DNA of 64,000 nucleotides from Phoronis australis (Eukaryota > Animalia > Phoronida): contig NMRA01000192.1 in NCBI GenBank assembly GCA_002633005.1, positions 62,001 to 126,000 of the forward strand, read 5' to 3'. Both the position numbers and the translations under genes were made by a program. The first letter of the stretch is position 1. Every line of letters starts with the position of its first letter. The notes under the pieces are model-generated. The model was given only the letters and a program-made list of their open reading frames with translations. It ran no database searches and was not told where the DNA came from. Below, piece by piece: positions 23,401 through 36,135 of this stretch.

Positions 23401-26400
23401 TTCAAACTCGAACAAATACTCCTGTAAACAGACTTTGTTCTAGCAGTCCTTCATTCAGTTGCCCAAATCGGCAACTGGCCATTTTTAGCACTAGATGCGT
23501 TTCTGGTGGGTGCGGTAAAAGTAGGAGAGTTGGAAGGAATTAAAGACAACAACGGCTTCCTAAGGTGTCCCTCTATCTGCAAAAGGTACTTGTAACAATG
23601 TGACTTTGATGTTTTAATCAATGCAAGGCATAATTCGCCGAAAAGGTTCCGTCTCTAGTGGGGCCAGCTAGAGACGGTGGTCACTGTCTAGTTGCAACTG
23701 TTTTTCAGAGCCGATGGTTCAAAACAGCATATTGTATACAGAGCCTAAGCAGGTCACCGTTTAGCTGTAGGCTGGGCTGTTTTGGAATATGCTTTGTGTT
23801 TCATAACGAATTGGTGGTCTTGAGGAATAATTTGATGGTTAAATACTCGTCATAGACAAAAAGTGTCAGCAGAGAAAATGTAGAACTGCAATTGAACTTG
23901 ATGACCTAATCATTGTCCTAATCTTTTTCTCTGTTTCGTTTGGGTAAATAACACAAAAAGTGGACATTAGATTTAGATGGGAACAAGAATTACAGATTCA
24001 ACAAAAACTTACATATATGTTACACTACAAATATTTTATACCCACATGGGTACAGCTTTGCACTAAGGCCACCCTGCTTAGCTGAAGGCCACCCTGCTTA
24101 GCTGAAGGCCACCCTGCTTAGCTGAAGGCCACCCTGCTAAGCTGAAGGCCACCCTGCTAAGCTGAAGGCCACCGTGCTTAGCTGAAGGCCACCCTGGTTA
24201 GCTGAAGGCCACCCTGGTTAGCTGGCTAAAATGGAGATCAAATTAGACCTTTTACTCTCACGAATTCACGATATTAGGGTGAACTAACCCCAGTAAACTG
24301 TGGAGCGTTTTCTTGAGTCGCTGATGGTTTCGATGTTCTTGTTGGTTGTCCAATCCCTGTCATGGTAAGGATTGGTATGACACTAAAAGACCTAATATAA
24401 AGCCTTATTAGTGTAACATACTAGCGTAACCCATCTAAATGACGGCCATTGAATTGATGCCAAATCATTTGCTAAACCCAGAACTGAACCGGAAGTACCC
24501 AGGAGTCTGTACAAAGCGAGCCAGTTCTTGATTATTTAGTCAAAAATGATTGTAACTTCTGTGTAATATGTGAACTTGTAAAATAGTTATTGTCTTTTCC
24601 AGATTGTCAAAGCGTATAGAAAGAAAGCTCTTAAGTGCCATCCAGACAAGAATCCAGATGATCCACGAGCAGCTGCACTTTTCCAAGAGCTGTCCCGGGC
24701 CTTTGAAATACTGACAGATGCTTCTGCAAAGGTATACAGAAATCTGCTAGAAATTTGACACCCATTTCTGTAGGGACTTGGAGTTTCCACTCGTGAATAG
24801 AACTGCGCATCGTTTTTTCGTAAAGTGAATTTCTTTTTCATGTGTTAAACATTAGAAACAACTTATTTCTCACAAACGTAATTGCCAAAATTGTCATTTT
24901 TCAAAAACTGATTATCTTGCCATAAATAATGGAAACTTTTCCAAACAAGGGTAATAGTACACTTAAATTTCCTTAATTCTTATTTAGTGGAAAGTTTTGG
25001 CAAAATAAAAATTTACTTGATAACCATATTACGTGCTTAGCAAGCAAAGAAACACACCCACTGAGTATTTTCACATTTTTTGGACCAAAAGAATAAAAAT
25101 AAGCACCATTATGCTTTCTGCTGTATCAATCATTTATCTTTCTATAAAATGGAGAGCAGAAGAGATCCAGGTTTTTAAGTGATTACTCAAACATTTTCAA
25201 ACAAGACTCAGGTCTTCAGACACAGCTCATTACCAACAGGTGTTACACTTGCGGGATTTTGTGTGATCTTACCAAGCTAGCAAACTACTTGTAATTTCTG
25301 AACTCGCATTTTACAAATGAGGCATTAAGATGTGACTGTTGTAGTCTAGGACAAAGCGTTATTTTACTCGACTGTTAGATATAACAGTGTTTGACTAACG
25401 TATAGAACAGAAGCTGAGGAATCACTGTTTTTCACAGTGCTTGTATTAAAATAATCCACCGTAACTTTTGTAATTTGATCCATAGCTCATCAATGTGATC
25501 ACCCTTAATGACCTCCTTCACAATCTGGTTAAATAAAGTGTTTGTAAACTTTAGGTCTAGAAATATGGCAGACTTTAATTTCATGAAATAGCCTCCAGTA
25601 GTTCACAGATTTTCATAAATTCCACTAAAATTATTAAACGAACCTGAAATTAAGGTCACTATACAATGTTTCATGTCAAAAAACAAACTGTGAATACCAC
25701 AGAATTTTCCTCTGATGGAATTCGATTTTAATGGTTTCCTACATTCATGATGGATTGATGTCCGTGTCTGCTGTCTGTACTCTCAACATTGTCAATGTTA
25801 TTATAGGCAGCTTATGATAAAGTTTTACGAGCAAGGAAGGCAGCAGAACTTAGGAACCAAGAACTTGATAGCAAGCGCAAGAAGTTTAAAGAAGGTAGAA
25901 TTTGTTTTATACTTATTTTGATATATTTTGTAATCAAATGTTGAGTACTTAGTCATTGTGTGCGTTTGTTGTTGTTCATAAACTGTTGTTTTGATGCGAG
26001 TTATCAATGAAACCTTTCTCTCTTCTGACAAATTTCATGAATATGTGATTGTGTAAAGAAGTGTTTTAGGTTGTCTGTGATCTACACGTATATCAAAATT
26101 CTTGTCTGGAGAATTTCTTAATTTCAGAGGATTTGTGAAGAAGACATTAATTGTAATCAAACTTTGATCTTGTGGTGTACTGTGCCTTAACTTTTAGTGA
26201 TTAGCGTTTTTGTTGATTTTTCCCAGACCTCGAGGCTAGAGAAAAACAGAGTTTCCAGACTGCTGCCACACAAAGTTTTCAAACTAAAACTGATGCAGAA
26301 CGCCTACAAGAAGAGGTAAGTGCGAGCACTGGTTACAAGATCTTTGTTTGCTCTTCTGGTTTGAATGTGTTTGCTTAACGTTGAGTCCACCTGCTGTTTT

Positions 26401-29400
26401 CTATGCCCAAAAAAGTATCATTTGCAATAGATGCTTACCTGTATGGAAAGTGGTCTCGTCCTGTACAATAGGTCAGAACTTCAGTGGCCTTTTACTCAAA
26501 GACAAATGAATAGAATATTGCTGTTTGTCTTTTGACTTTAGCCAAAGTCAGCAATCTAACTATGAATTCCTGAAACGCTTTGTCTGTTGTCTATTTGAGC
26601 AGACTATGGATTTCTGTCTTTTGACTTCAAGTTGTAGGAGAGAGTGGGGCACTATGAGCCAATTTCCAAAGGAACATAGTGCCCCATGGCTCAAGGTGCC
26701 CCACTTTCTCCTAGACAGATTGTCTGACTTTCAGCCTAAGTGTGTTTTTGTGAAACACGCTAAGGCTGATTTTTAGTCGAAACACAAAAAGTCAATAGTC
26801 TCCTTGAATTTATGAACAATCTCCTGAAGTGACAAACTCTTTTTACTGACGAACTAAAAATTGGAGTTCGTGGACTAGATAGTCATTTTTGTGCGGAAGG
26901 CAAAATGGCTGTTAAGTGAATGTGCAATAGACAAGTTCTGTGCCTGAACTGAAGATGGAGTTACTAGTTTGTGTTGCTGTAAGCTTTCAGTGGCTCAGCA
27001 AATGTCACTCGCATTTCGTTGTTACCACAACACAGTAGTATTAGTTCAATGCCTACTGACTGTACTCTATGTTGGCTTTAGATTGAACGACTGCGCAAGG
27101 AGGGTTCCCGGCTCCTTGAAGAAGAGCAAGAACACCTGAGAGAAGAGTTAAAGAAAGGAACAGCTACAGTTACTGAAGGTGTTTTGTTTTTTCGGAGATA
27201 TTTTCATTGCACAAAGTCTGAGATCTTGCTCAAAAGTGGCGAGCACCACAATGTCACTATTCACTAGCGTTGCCTGGTATTATGCACATTTTACTTTCGG
27301 CACTTGCATCATGTGCTCACTTACGGGAAACCGAGTTGTGCTTGGAAGAGAGTGGTGACTCTCTCGTAATTGCATAAGAAACTATGGGAGTGTTGTAAAT
27401 TTGGTGTCTATGATCTGTGGTTTTATATTTCCATCTCATTACAGTGAATACAAGATTTATGTTTTACCGCAAGTAATGAAATGTTATTTTACACTTCTGT
27501 GATTTAATTTCTTTTTTGGACGTTCATTAGGGTCAACTATAAGTGTATTGTTGCGTGGTTGTTTGATGTTTGAATGTCCGCTACGTTGTACTCCAAAATG
27601 TACTCTGTGTTTCTGGCTGTAGATACATGTGTACTACACTCACTTTATTGTTTTGTAAATCCCTGGATGTTTAAACACAGGTACCTATCCCTTTATGTGT
27701 TCCCTTGAGGAAGGTATACGCTACTTCAAAACTAGCGGGATGGTTGAAACGTAATTAATTGTTTTTGCTAACGTAACAACCAGACTAAAAACTTGCTGTT
27801 TTATTTCAGTATTTTCACTTTTAGAGTCTCATTTGTCATTACGGATTTTGTCCTCTAAGTTTGCACTTTTTCAAGAAGTTCATGTTTGTTTTCAATGCTT
27901 TCGTTCAGATGACGAAGATGTCGGAGCCCCTCGGATCAAGATAAAGTGGAAAGCCAAAAAGAGCGATGCAACCAACGGTGGCTATTCTGAAGAATTACTC
28001 AACTCTCTTTTGTCCAAGGTACTGAGCATTTAATAAGCTGACTGATAATTTTGTCTTCAGCAAAACTAATCATTTACTTTTTTCTTGACAATATTTGGTA
28101 AAAGTTCTTCAATTTGGGACAAAAATAATTGCTAAAATTGTCATATTTTTTATTTTTCAGAGGTATGCCACATTGTTGCAAATGCTCAAAATTTAACCAA
28201 ATTTTGGTTGGTAATAGCAATGCCACCTGTCCACCGTACTGTTACCCAAACTGAAGAATTTTTGCCGTAACTTTATTTTTGTTGTATAAATGCGAAGATA
28301 AGAACAGTAAAGTGTATTTAAAGTAGGAGTCATCTGAAATATGTTGTGAGAGCACAAAGCCTCTTTCACTTGACCCAAATTTTAATTCTGGTGTGTTAAA
28401 CTGTCGGAATTGACGGGCAGAATACAACTTCTTTCATTCATGGAGCTTTCAAAAATTTGGAATTTTTTGCGCGGCTTCTGTGAATATCCTACCCCACAAA
28501 TATGACAATTTCAAAACATGACGGCGACAAGAAGTTTAAAAAACACTTGGAAATACTACAGTATAAAATCCCCATTAAAAATGCAGAACACTGTTCTCCA
28601 TTTAGGGCTGTTCCAGCAAAATCTGTATGGGAGGGGGGAAGGCACTTTTATTTCGTACCCACCGCCCATATTTTTCATTTATTTCTCCAATCCATGACCC
28701 ATAATTTTTTAGTTATTTTTAATAGGTTAAAATATAAAATCCAACACTTGCAAACAAACTGCCTCCAGGAGGACCTGTTAAGAACTTAGATGATTGACAG
28801 ACAAGAACTAGTTGTCTTGTCCAATATTGTCAAAAACTAAAGTAGCCTGTGAGCAATACTTTTGGCTGCCACCAGGTGTCTCTGTTCACCATGTGTCTAT
28901 AATTTCAATGAACATTTTTTTCAATTATAAGGATCTATGAATCTCAAACTGTCTCCACGATATCTTTTATACTTCTATGTTAAGTGAATATTGGAACTTG
29001 TTTATCTTACTCCTCATAATTTTTATTTAAAAATCATCAATTTTCTTATATGTGTTAACACCAGTTTAGTGTTGCATAACTTTTCAATTCAATAGGACTG
29101 CAGACAAACCGTTGGCTCAAATCAAGTTGCCCATGACTTGATTAATGGCTTAGTGAACATATTGCACTCTGTTCACTAGCAATATGGGCTTTTTGTATTG
29201 GCTTGTTTTGAGTTTTGAGGGCTGAAGTAACCAACCTGTCAACATTAACAGGACAAAAAATACCACCCATTATAAATGCATCACTTCTTACAGGAACGAC
29301 CACCAATAATTTGTGTTTGTTTCTGAAGACCACCACCCATGAATTTTTATTTCTACCGCCGTCCCCCCCCCTCCCACACGGATTTTACTGGAACAGCCAA

Positions 29401-31609
29401 CCAATGGCTTGTCCCATATGCTTTTGCTGCGGTGTGTGCTTTGTACAGGTATCAGAGTTGAAATCCATTCATTGCGGCCTGTGTCTTGCACTGGCATGGG
29501 TAACGTTTGGGAGAGAGGTCTTTTATCAATGGCTTGCATAACACTAGTGAGTAGCAAGCATCTGTACACAACAGAAATACAAATGTAAAATAGGGCAGTG
29601 TTTAACAGTAGTAATGAACGGAGCCTCGGGAGTCCTTTCATGTATTGACTCATGAACCCCATATCTCTATTGGTGTCTACCGGATGCGATCTGATGATGG
29701 TTTCAAACACGTGAAAAAGAAGTCCAATATTACTCTATTTAAAACCTACCGTGAGGGCATCTATTTAGATATAGGGTCCATGAATCGGTATATGTATGGA
29801 TTTCTACTGTCACTTTCATTACAATATCTACTATCATTCACATTCCAATTACCTGTAGCTGCTGTGTATGTATTGCTTTGTTGCCTCACCTATGCTATTT
29901 GTCTTGGGCTTGTATACAAAATATATAGCTTGATTCTATATTGTTATCTTTAATACCAGAAATTGGTCTGTTCTACTTATTCTTTACTTGAGTAAAGGCT
30001 TTTTACTGTTCTAGTATGGCTGTATAAAATGCCTCCTGTTGTCAAGTAAGAAAAACGGCAGTGCTATTGTGGAGTTCGAAGACGGTGAAAGTGCGGTAAG
30101 TTTTAGGCATGGTGGAAAATATTTTTTTATATTAACAGTTAGTAATTTTTTCACTTTCAAGTAAAGTGCATTTTCCACGTTTCTGTGTGTCCTGCAGTCT
30201 TATGTATGCACAAATACTTGCATGTTCTTTGATCAATGATGTACTATGTTGCACAAACCACGACAAATCCTTTTTTAATGTACAGTAAAACTCGCATTAG
30301 CTGGGTCCATCTGGACTGAGAGATTTCATCAGATTACAGTGAAATCAGACTAATCTGAAGGGTTGTGTGAACGAACTAAAAGAGCTATCTTGCCAGATGT
30401 TGTCCCCAAGTTGAGCGAAAACGTGACCTATGCATATCCAATTTGTAAAAGTTTTGCTGTAAAGTAGTTTGGTAAAGATATTTGACAAAATCTTATTCCA
30501 TTTGACCACACCTTGTTGTGTGGTAAACTGAAGACTGTGCCACTGTAGCAAGAACGTTGTATTAAACGATGTCTGTTGTCATTCATGAATGTGAAAGTAG
30601 TTAACACCAAAGTGCGTGATTGGTTCCGGTCTCTGTTTTTTTGAAAATTGAGTCAATGATACAGTATTTTTGCAGAGTTTTGTACTCATTGCTTGGGAAA
30701 TGATGACATTTCAAACCTTGGTTGCCCTTGTTCTGGTTAAAAAAACAACAGGTCTTGGCTGAAACTGCAACAATCCAAGAAGACTTTATCATGACCTGAA
30801 TATTGCCGCTGATACAATGTGATACCAAATATGCAGGAATTTTACAAGAAAACTACAAACTGTTTCCATTAGGGGCCACGCTGCTCTGTAGCTTCAGGAG
30901 AAATATTTCAATGAGTTTCCAGAAGTGTTAATTTGTAATTTATCCATTAAGAAATGTAGAATGCTAACCTCAGGGAACAGAGGAAACCTCATGTTTACTT
31001 GTGAATTAAGATATTTAGCCATTTGTGGCAAGAGCTGAATTTAGTGTTTTCTGTTTCTGCTATTTTTAGATGATGGCATTCCAAAATGAAAAAGGCTTAA
31101 TGAACAACCCTCTAACTATGAGCTGGATTTCTGGTCGTCCTGACAACACCCCTTCATCAACACCTAGTCAGGTAGGAGAAATAATTCTTAAAAGAATTTC
31201 AATGTTTTACGTGGTACATTGTTCATCCAACTAATTACATGCCTTGGATAAAAATGTAAGGTGTGTCTTAAACATGCCAGGATGTGTTATGTCCTCACCA
31301 TTGGATACGTTGAATTGAGACTGATAATCTTCGTGTGAACATTACATCTTGGACCTTTACTGATTCATAGACCTTGTGTATGAAAACTTCGTTTGTCCAA
31401 ATCTGTATAATTTTCTTTTTCAAAGAATTGTTCTTCATAGTTGCTCATCAATGAATCCACTAGGCAATAATTTTGTTTTAACATAGGGTGTCCAAACAAT
31501 GTCGTCCAATGAACGAGATTTCGAAAGTGTTGTGCTGATGAGAATGAGGCAAGCTGAGGAGAGAAAGCGGCTGATTGAAGAGATGCAGAAAGAAGATGAA
31601 GAGGGATGA
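20414..31609 (+). CDS. DNAJC17: DnaJ homolog subfamily C member 17 (J domain, coiled coil, RRM); 295 aa
   Basis: Exons 20414-20482 ([15 protein letters not shown]...), 24603-24731 ([21 protein letters not shown] motif), 25807-25894, 26227-26315, 27082-27178 ([16 protein letters not shown]), 27909-28018 (KIKWK...NGGYS), 30015-30095 ([10 protein letters not shown]), 31070-31171, 31487-31609 ([22 protein letters not shown]...*). All GT-AG and phase-consistent, 888 nt total. Confidence 0.94.
20860..21155. mobile_element. hAT-like MITE (TIR cagtggtggatc...gatccaccactg)
   Basis: 12-bp TIR with a subterminal G/C-run palindrome (ggggg tttaaa ccccc). No TSD recognised. Confidence 0.6.
21460..22000 (+). 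mobile_element. CR1/L2-type LINE ORF2 fragment (end of APE endonuclease and linker)
   Basis: DFNLNLL...ITYPTR...ATLIDNFF...ISDHCPIF...WITPGI motifs (ORF 21530..21997). Confidence 0.85.
22080..22965 (-). mobile_element. 3' end of an LTR retrotransposon (Gypsy-like): GC-rich tail, polypurine tract and LTR
   Basis: On the minus strand the PPT AAGGGGGAA (22288-22280) is directly followed by TGTTGTGTGA, an LTR start at 22279. The LTR end is uncertain. Confidence 0.6.
23219..23690. mobile_element. ~470 bp foldback MITE; related fragments at ~57140-57300 and ~58710-58800
   Basis: tagacagtgaccactgtctctagctggcccca.tagagacgg is mirrored at 23650-23690, and the arms extend ~180 bp. The centre cagttgcccaaatcggcaac is shared with ~58763. 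Confidence 0.88.
24065..24224. repeat. Minisatellite, 8 x 20 bp (aaggccaccctgcttagctg) in DNAJC17 intron 1
   Basis: Head-to-tail units with no spacers. Confidence 0.97.
26635..26713. mobile_element. 79-bp TA-flanked mini-MITE nested in a larger imperfect palindrome (~26600-26800)
   Basis: taggagagagtggggcactatgagcca ... tggctcaaggtgccccactttctccta. Confidence 0.75.
27701..27740 (+). other. Degenerate minimal hammerhead-ribozyme motif (Penelope-type relic)
   Basis: tccc-TTGAGGA-aggta-tacgc-tactt-CAAAAC-tagc-ggga: stems I and II are retained; the GAAA core reads AAAA. Confidence 0.3.
28604..29398. mobile_element. ~800 bp non-autonomous TIR element (PIF/Harbinger-like GG terminus)
   Basis: ggctgttccagcaaaatctgtatgggagggggg ... 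cccccctcccacacggattttactggaacagcc (~33-bp imperfect TIR). Confidence 0.75.
30283..30545. mobile_element. Degenerate pogo/Tigger-like MITE
   Basis: TA|CAGTAAAACTCG start and CACTG|TA end. Confidence 0.35.
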
Positions 31610-33789
31610 TGTCACGCACAGTCAAGCAGGTGCCCGTTGTCAAGATGTAGGACATTCGCAAGACAAGCTAGTGTGATCGCATGCTCCTTTTCAAATACCT
31701 TGCGATATCTAGTGATGATTTGCATGAGCTTATGTTCTCATTAGTTTCTTGCATCAATGAAATGCAGCCAAGATTTATGATGCTGTTGTCCATACCATGG
31801 GTGGTACTAATTGGCTTAATACTTAGAACAACCACAACTGTGTGCCACGGTCAAGAAGGTTAATGTTGGTTATTACTTGGGCATTGTTATCTATGTTTTT
31901 AGATCGCGTGGTTCTACAAGGTCGCCCCTCCACTACATAGCTTAAGTGGCTGCTTCAAGCCTCACAGGCACCAGGACACTCCTAATGAGGTGAATGCAAT
32001 CTGTAGTGGAGGGGACTTCTGAGTTGAGTTGAACTTTGGTTTTACAAAAGTCTGTACTGGCCTTGTTCTGGTATATTGTGTCAAGATGTTCCAATCAAGC
32101 TGAACCCAAAGCAAGAGAGCTTGAGGTGTGCTGCTTTTTAGTCAGTGTCCTATTATGAAGAAAATTCTCCAGTTTGGGAAAATGAAAAATTAATTATTCC
32201 GCTCATCAGAGTTGGGACTTGTGCCAAATTTTAGAAACACGCAATATTGGCATCCCAAATTCAAGAATTATGATCTCTGACAATCAGTCATTCACCTTGA
32301 TGTTATACACGTGACAACATTGTGTCAGTGTCTACTTTCCATGATTTTACGAACTGCTAGTGTCTATTTTCAGACTCTGTTGATTACAAATGATTCAGTG
32401 CATTATACTTGAGAAATATCACAAACGTCAAAATCACCGATATCCTAATTTCCCACACATCTCACCCCGGCCTATTTGGCTATGCAAGTCAAACAGTCTG
32501 TTTTTGCTCAAAAGATACTGGATTGAGACTTGATGAATGTAACAAAAAGTGAACAAAAGTGTAACGATGGCCGGTTTGACGTGATTGTGGTTTTGCTTAC
32601 TAGAGGGCCTCCCAGTAGTTATATAAACCATCAACTCCCTTGATGTAGGATATAATCTAGTAGCTGATTTTAAGTTAGCAGCCGTTTGTGGCTTTAACTT
32701 AGGGTTTGGTAAGTTATCCTCCGTCATAACCTCTAGTCTAAAAACCTCAAATCTGGGTTTGAATCCAAATCAGTAAGCACTGCCCTAGAAAGAGTCTGCC
32801 AGAACTATTGACTTTCCCTCTTCACTTTAAAGTCCGATAGGGCTTTTTGCATGGTAAGCCGTCCCCACGGAGGGCCGCGGGTGCAGGTGTTATCACTATT
32901 GGTATTTTGGAGTTGCCACCCGAGTGGCTATTCTCCGTTTTTGTTTTTTTTGAAGTGACTGGGGTCCACTCCAATGACGAGTCCCTGTCTTGATCAGGGT
33001 CTTTTTCAGCTCTTCTATGTTTCTGATGGTGGCTGCGAGGCAGTCATCCATTGCCCTGTTCGAGTGGGCTAGTCCCTGAGCCTGGGGACTGGGTTTCCTT
33101 TTCTTTGGGGCTGGCTGTGGGAGTGCAGCTGTGGTTTTCTTGCCCTGTTGCAGGGGCGCAGAGGGCTTGACCTTGTCTTTATTCTGCCCTGTCGGGACAG
33201 AGGGTTTCTGCGGAGCCGCAGAGACCTTTTTGATTGTCACAGCAATAGTTATCTTGCGTGTGCCTCGTTGATTGAGGCCAGAGGTCCAGGCGGACTTGGC
33301 CTCCGAGGTTTGAGCGAGGGTTATTCTTTCCTCCACGTTGAGGGTTTCTTGTTTCTGCTTCACAGCCAACAGTTAGTGGATGCAATAGTTGCCATAATGG
33401 TAGTAAGATGTGTCTCATAGAGTGCGTATGACGAATCTGAATCTCAATCAAAATGAATGGACGAATGCTGAATCGAATGAATCAAGAATCTGGAATCAAT
33501 CCGAATTGACGAATGACCAATCGACCACATGGCAATCTGTCTCCCACACTATAGTTGTGCAGGACTTGGGAGAATCGTGTCTAAAGGAGTGGCATGGACA
33601 TTGCATTCAAAGGGTTCAATATTCTCCATGAATTGATCAGAAAATGTTGAGCCCAACACCCACATACTACAGAACTTTCCAACAATAGCTGCAGAGCCTT
33701 GATCTTACCTTTACCTTTAGTGCAAGAGATATTTCCGTTTTAATCGAAGCCAGGATGTTGTGAATCTCAGCTCCATACTTTTGCTTTAC

Positions 33790-34482
33790 TTGGAGTTCTT
33801 GACTATCGACTTCTGGGAGATGACACGGCAGTAGTTGGCCACTTTTCCAAGCATGAGTTTGAGTCGAGCATTCTTTTGTACTGCGGTCAATCGCTCGGCA
33901 GCATCGACGTCAGTGCCGTCATCGTCGAGACCTCACAATGGGCTGGCATTGGTTTTCTTTAACCACTGAGAAGCCAGAAAGGACTCAAAGGTTTTGTCTA
34001 GACTAATAGTTTATTTAAGATTCTGCCACCAGTTCTCATAGGTGCTTATGGTCTCCGTTTTGGTTAGAGACCACTGTTTAGGTGCGCGTACCTCCATGTT
34101 GATTGAAGGTACCGGATCTGAAAATGTTGATTACGCACGTCTTGCAATCAAAAATAACAAATGTGGTTGTTACTTGAAGACTACAGTTGCATTAGAGTCT
34201 CTTCCAGTGGGAAAGAGCTGCTGCCACCACGACAGTAAATTAAATATAACAAGGTTTGTGAGTATTTATTGACAAACAAGTCCAGTCGACAGAAACCGGA
34301 AGCCGAGACGGTTTCCGGGGAAAAAACCTTAACGAACACAATGGCACTGCATTTAGTTTTGGATCATAGTCCTTATTTTTATAGTCTGGTTACAGTTGAG
34401 GGGTTTGTGATGATCAAGTATAAGCGGCCTTTGGCTCATGGCCGAGGATTCAAGTTGACTTGCAGTGTTTGGCTTTGTGACA
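33790..34482 (-). mobile_element. 5' end of an LTR retrotransposon: LTR (~34482-34231), PBS and disrupted gag-like ORF
   Basis: TGTCAC LTR start, TATAAAA and AATAAA, then PBS TGGTGGCAGC (34229-34220). From 34097 the frame reads [28 protein letters not shown]...LMLGKVANYCRVISQKSIVKNS with in-frame stops. Confidence 0.7.
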
Positions 34483-34489
34483 CTTTATC

Positions 34490-35110
34490 GGATGACCATG
34501 TTGGCATAGGACTTTAGTGTGGCCGGTTTCAGAACAAAAGTAGGACAAACTTTCATCCTGTAGTTGGATTGCCTTTCATCATGGTGGTGAGATTTATCTC
34601 TCGGTTCGCTTAAGGTTACGTTCTTGTTGGGTTTTAGAGTGTTCCTCGCCAGCTTTGCCATACCACGACTGGTTGGATGAACACTGTCATAAAGTAGATA
34701 TTCGTCAACTGTGTTGTCTAAGTGCTTGAAGATGATATCATTGTTCACGAAAACGGCATTGGTCTCTTGGAAGTTAGTGGATTTTGCTTCAAGGTGAAGA
34801 TGCTTCAAGATGAAGAGATGAATAACTACAGTAGGGTATGAAAATTCATTACACTTAGTTTCACACAGTCCAATGTATCTCGTTTCACAAACCTAACGAT
34901 GATTTGACGTAGTTTATGTTGCGGACCAGGTATACGATGACTGGATATATCCTTGACAGATTTCAACACCTATGTCCGTGGCCACATTGACTATGACGTT
35001 ATTACTGCTCTCCCCTTCTCTTTCTGGAATACCAAACATCTCAATGTTTTTGCAAGAATATTGGTCCAGGCGGTCAATGTGAAACTTCTGGCATTGAATT
35101 TCACATTGCA
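34490..35110 (-). mobile_element. LINE ORF1 remnant (RRM-like start plus SGNH-esterase end; CR1/L2 type)
   Basis: LDQYSCKNIEMFGIPE resembles the LEQYSRxxNxxxxGIPE motif; YDSVHPTSRG resembles the DxxHPxxxG motif. Confidence 0.65.
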
Positions 35111-35379
35111 GTTGCCTAGTACACTTTTCACCTCCATTGCAGTTGCCTAGTACACTTTTCACCTCCATTAGCTCAAGAAACACCTTCAAACAGTTCTTGG
35201 GTTGAAGTGGCAACAGCAGCACTAATAGCATTGACGAAAACAGGAACGATTTGCCCAATAATGTCGTTAACAAGATCAGCGTGACCATTTCTACGTTTCC
35301 CATGTCTTGTGCCATGTAAATGTTTAGGAATAGTTTGGGAGTTCAGTCCCTTAACTGAATTGTCAATAACTGAGCTTAC

Positions 35380-35900
35380 TGCATCCTTGACTGCCGATAG
35401 TATTTTGTCCTTTTATACCGAAAAAAATCAACTTACTCAGAGACCTGAGATTTAAGAGTTTGAACGATTCGAACTGTATTCTACAGTTTTTTGTCAACGA
35501 ATGGAAGGGTGCGTCCTGTTTTCCAGTCATTCTGTGCTCCGGAAGTAGTATGGCGTCATAGATGGGCGGAAGTTGCAAACATTCATCAAGGTTCATGGAG
35601 GGCTTGTTGGTTTTGATGTATATGATTGGACTTTTATCTTTCTAGAGAACCAGTTTTCCTCTTTAGCCAGTATCTTGGCATGTTTGCCACATACAGTATG
35701 GCCGCAGATTCTGAGATGTTCTCCCACGCCAGTGGGCTTGTCCAGTTTGTTGTGATCTTTGATTCTGGTGCCCAGCGATCACTTGGTCTCGCCGATGTAG
35801 GTATGAGACGGGTCTTCAGTGCATGACAGTTGATAAATGACACACCATTGGCGATCAAGTGGGGTGGGATCTTTGGAGTGGACTAGCTGGTTTCTCAGGG
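35380..35900 (-). mobile_element. Penelope-like element reverse-transcriptase remnant
   Basis: Frameshifted pieces (LKTRLIPTSARP..., KITTNWTSPL..., YVANM..., YIKTN) resemble the PKIHK/PLRPI/YxLAKYL region of PLE RTs. Confidence 0.5.
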
Positions 35901-36135
35901 TGTTGATGGGTTTCATATAGGTGTTGATGTATATGAAAACCATTAATAAATTTGAACTAATAATATTCCTTAACTGAAATAAACAAAAATTGAAAGATCA
36001 GTATAAAATTGTATAAAAACAATATTCTAAACGATTTTACCACTAATTTATTTTAAAAGTTTTAAACTGATTACTCAATTAACATGTTTTCCACCATTAT
36101 GTGACCATACCAGCAAACAAATGTGGATTACTTGG

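Noticed and set aside
24065-24224. Possible CRISPR array
   Set aside because: Units are contiguous with no unique spacers, the context is a eukaryotic intron, and no cas genes are present.
29691-29725. Additional hammerhead-like CTGATGA...GAAA motifs (also at ~5854)
   Set aside because: Stems I and II cannot be paired convincingly; compatible with chance.
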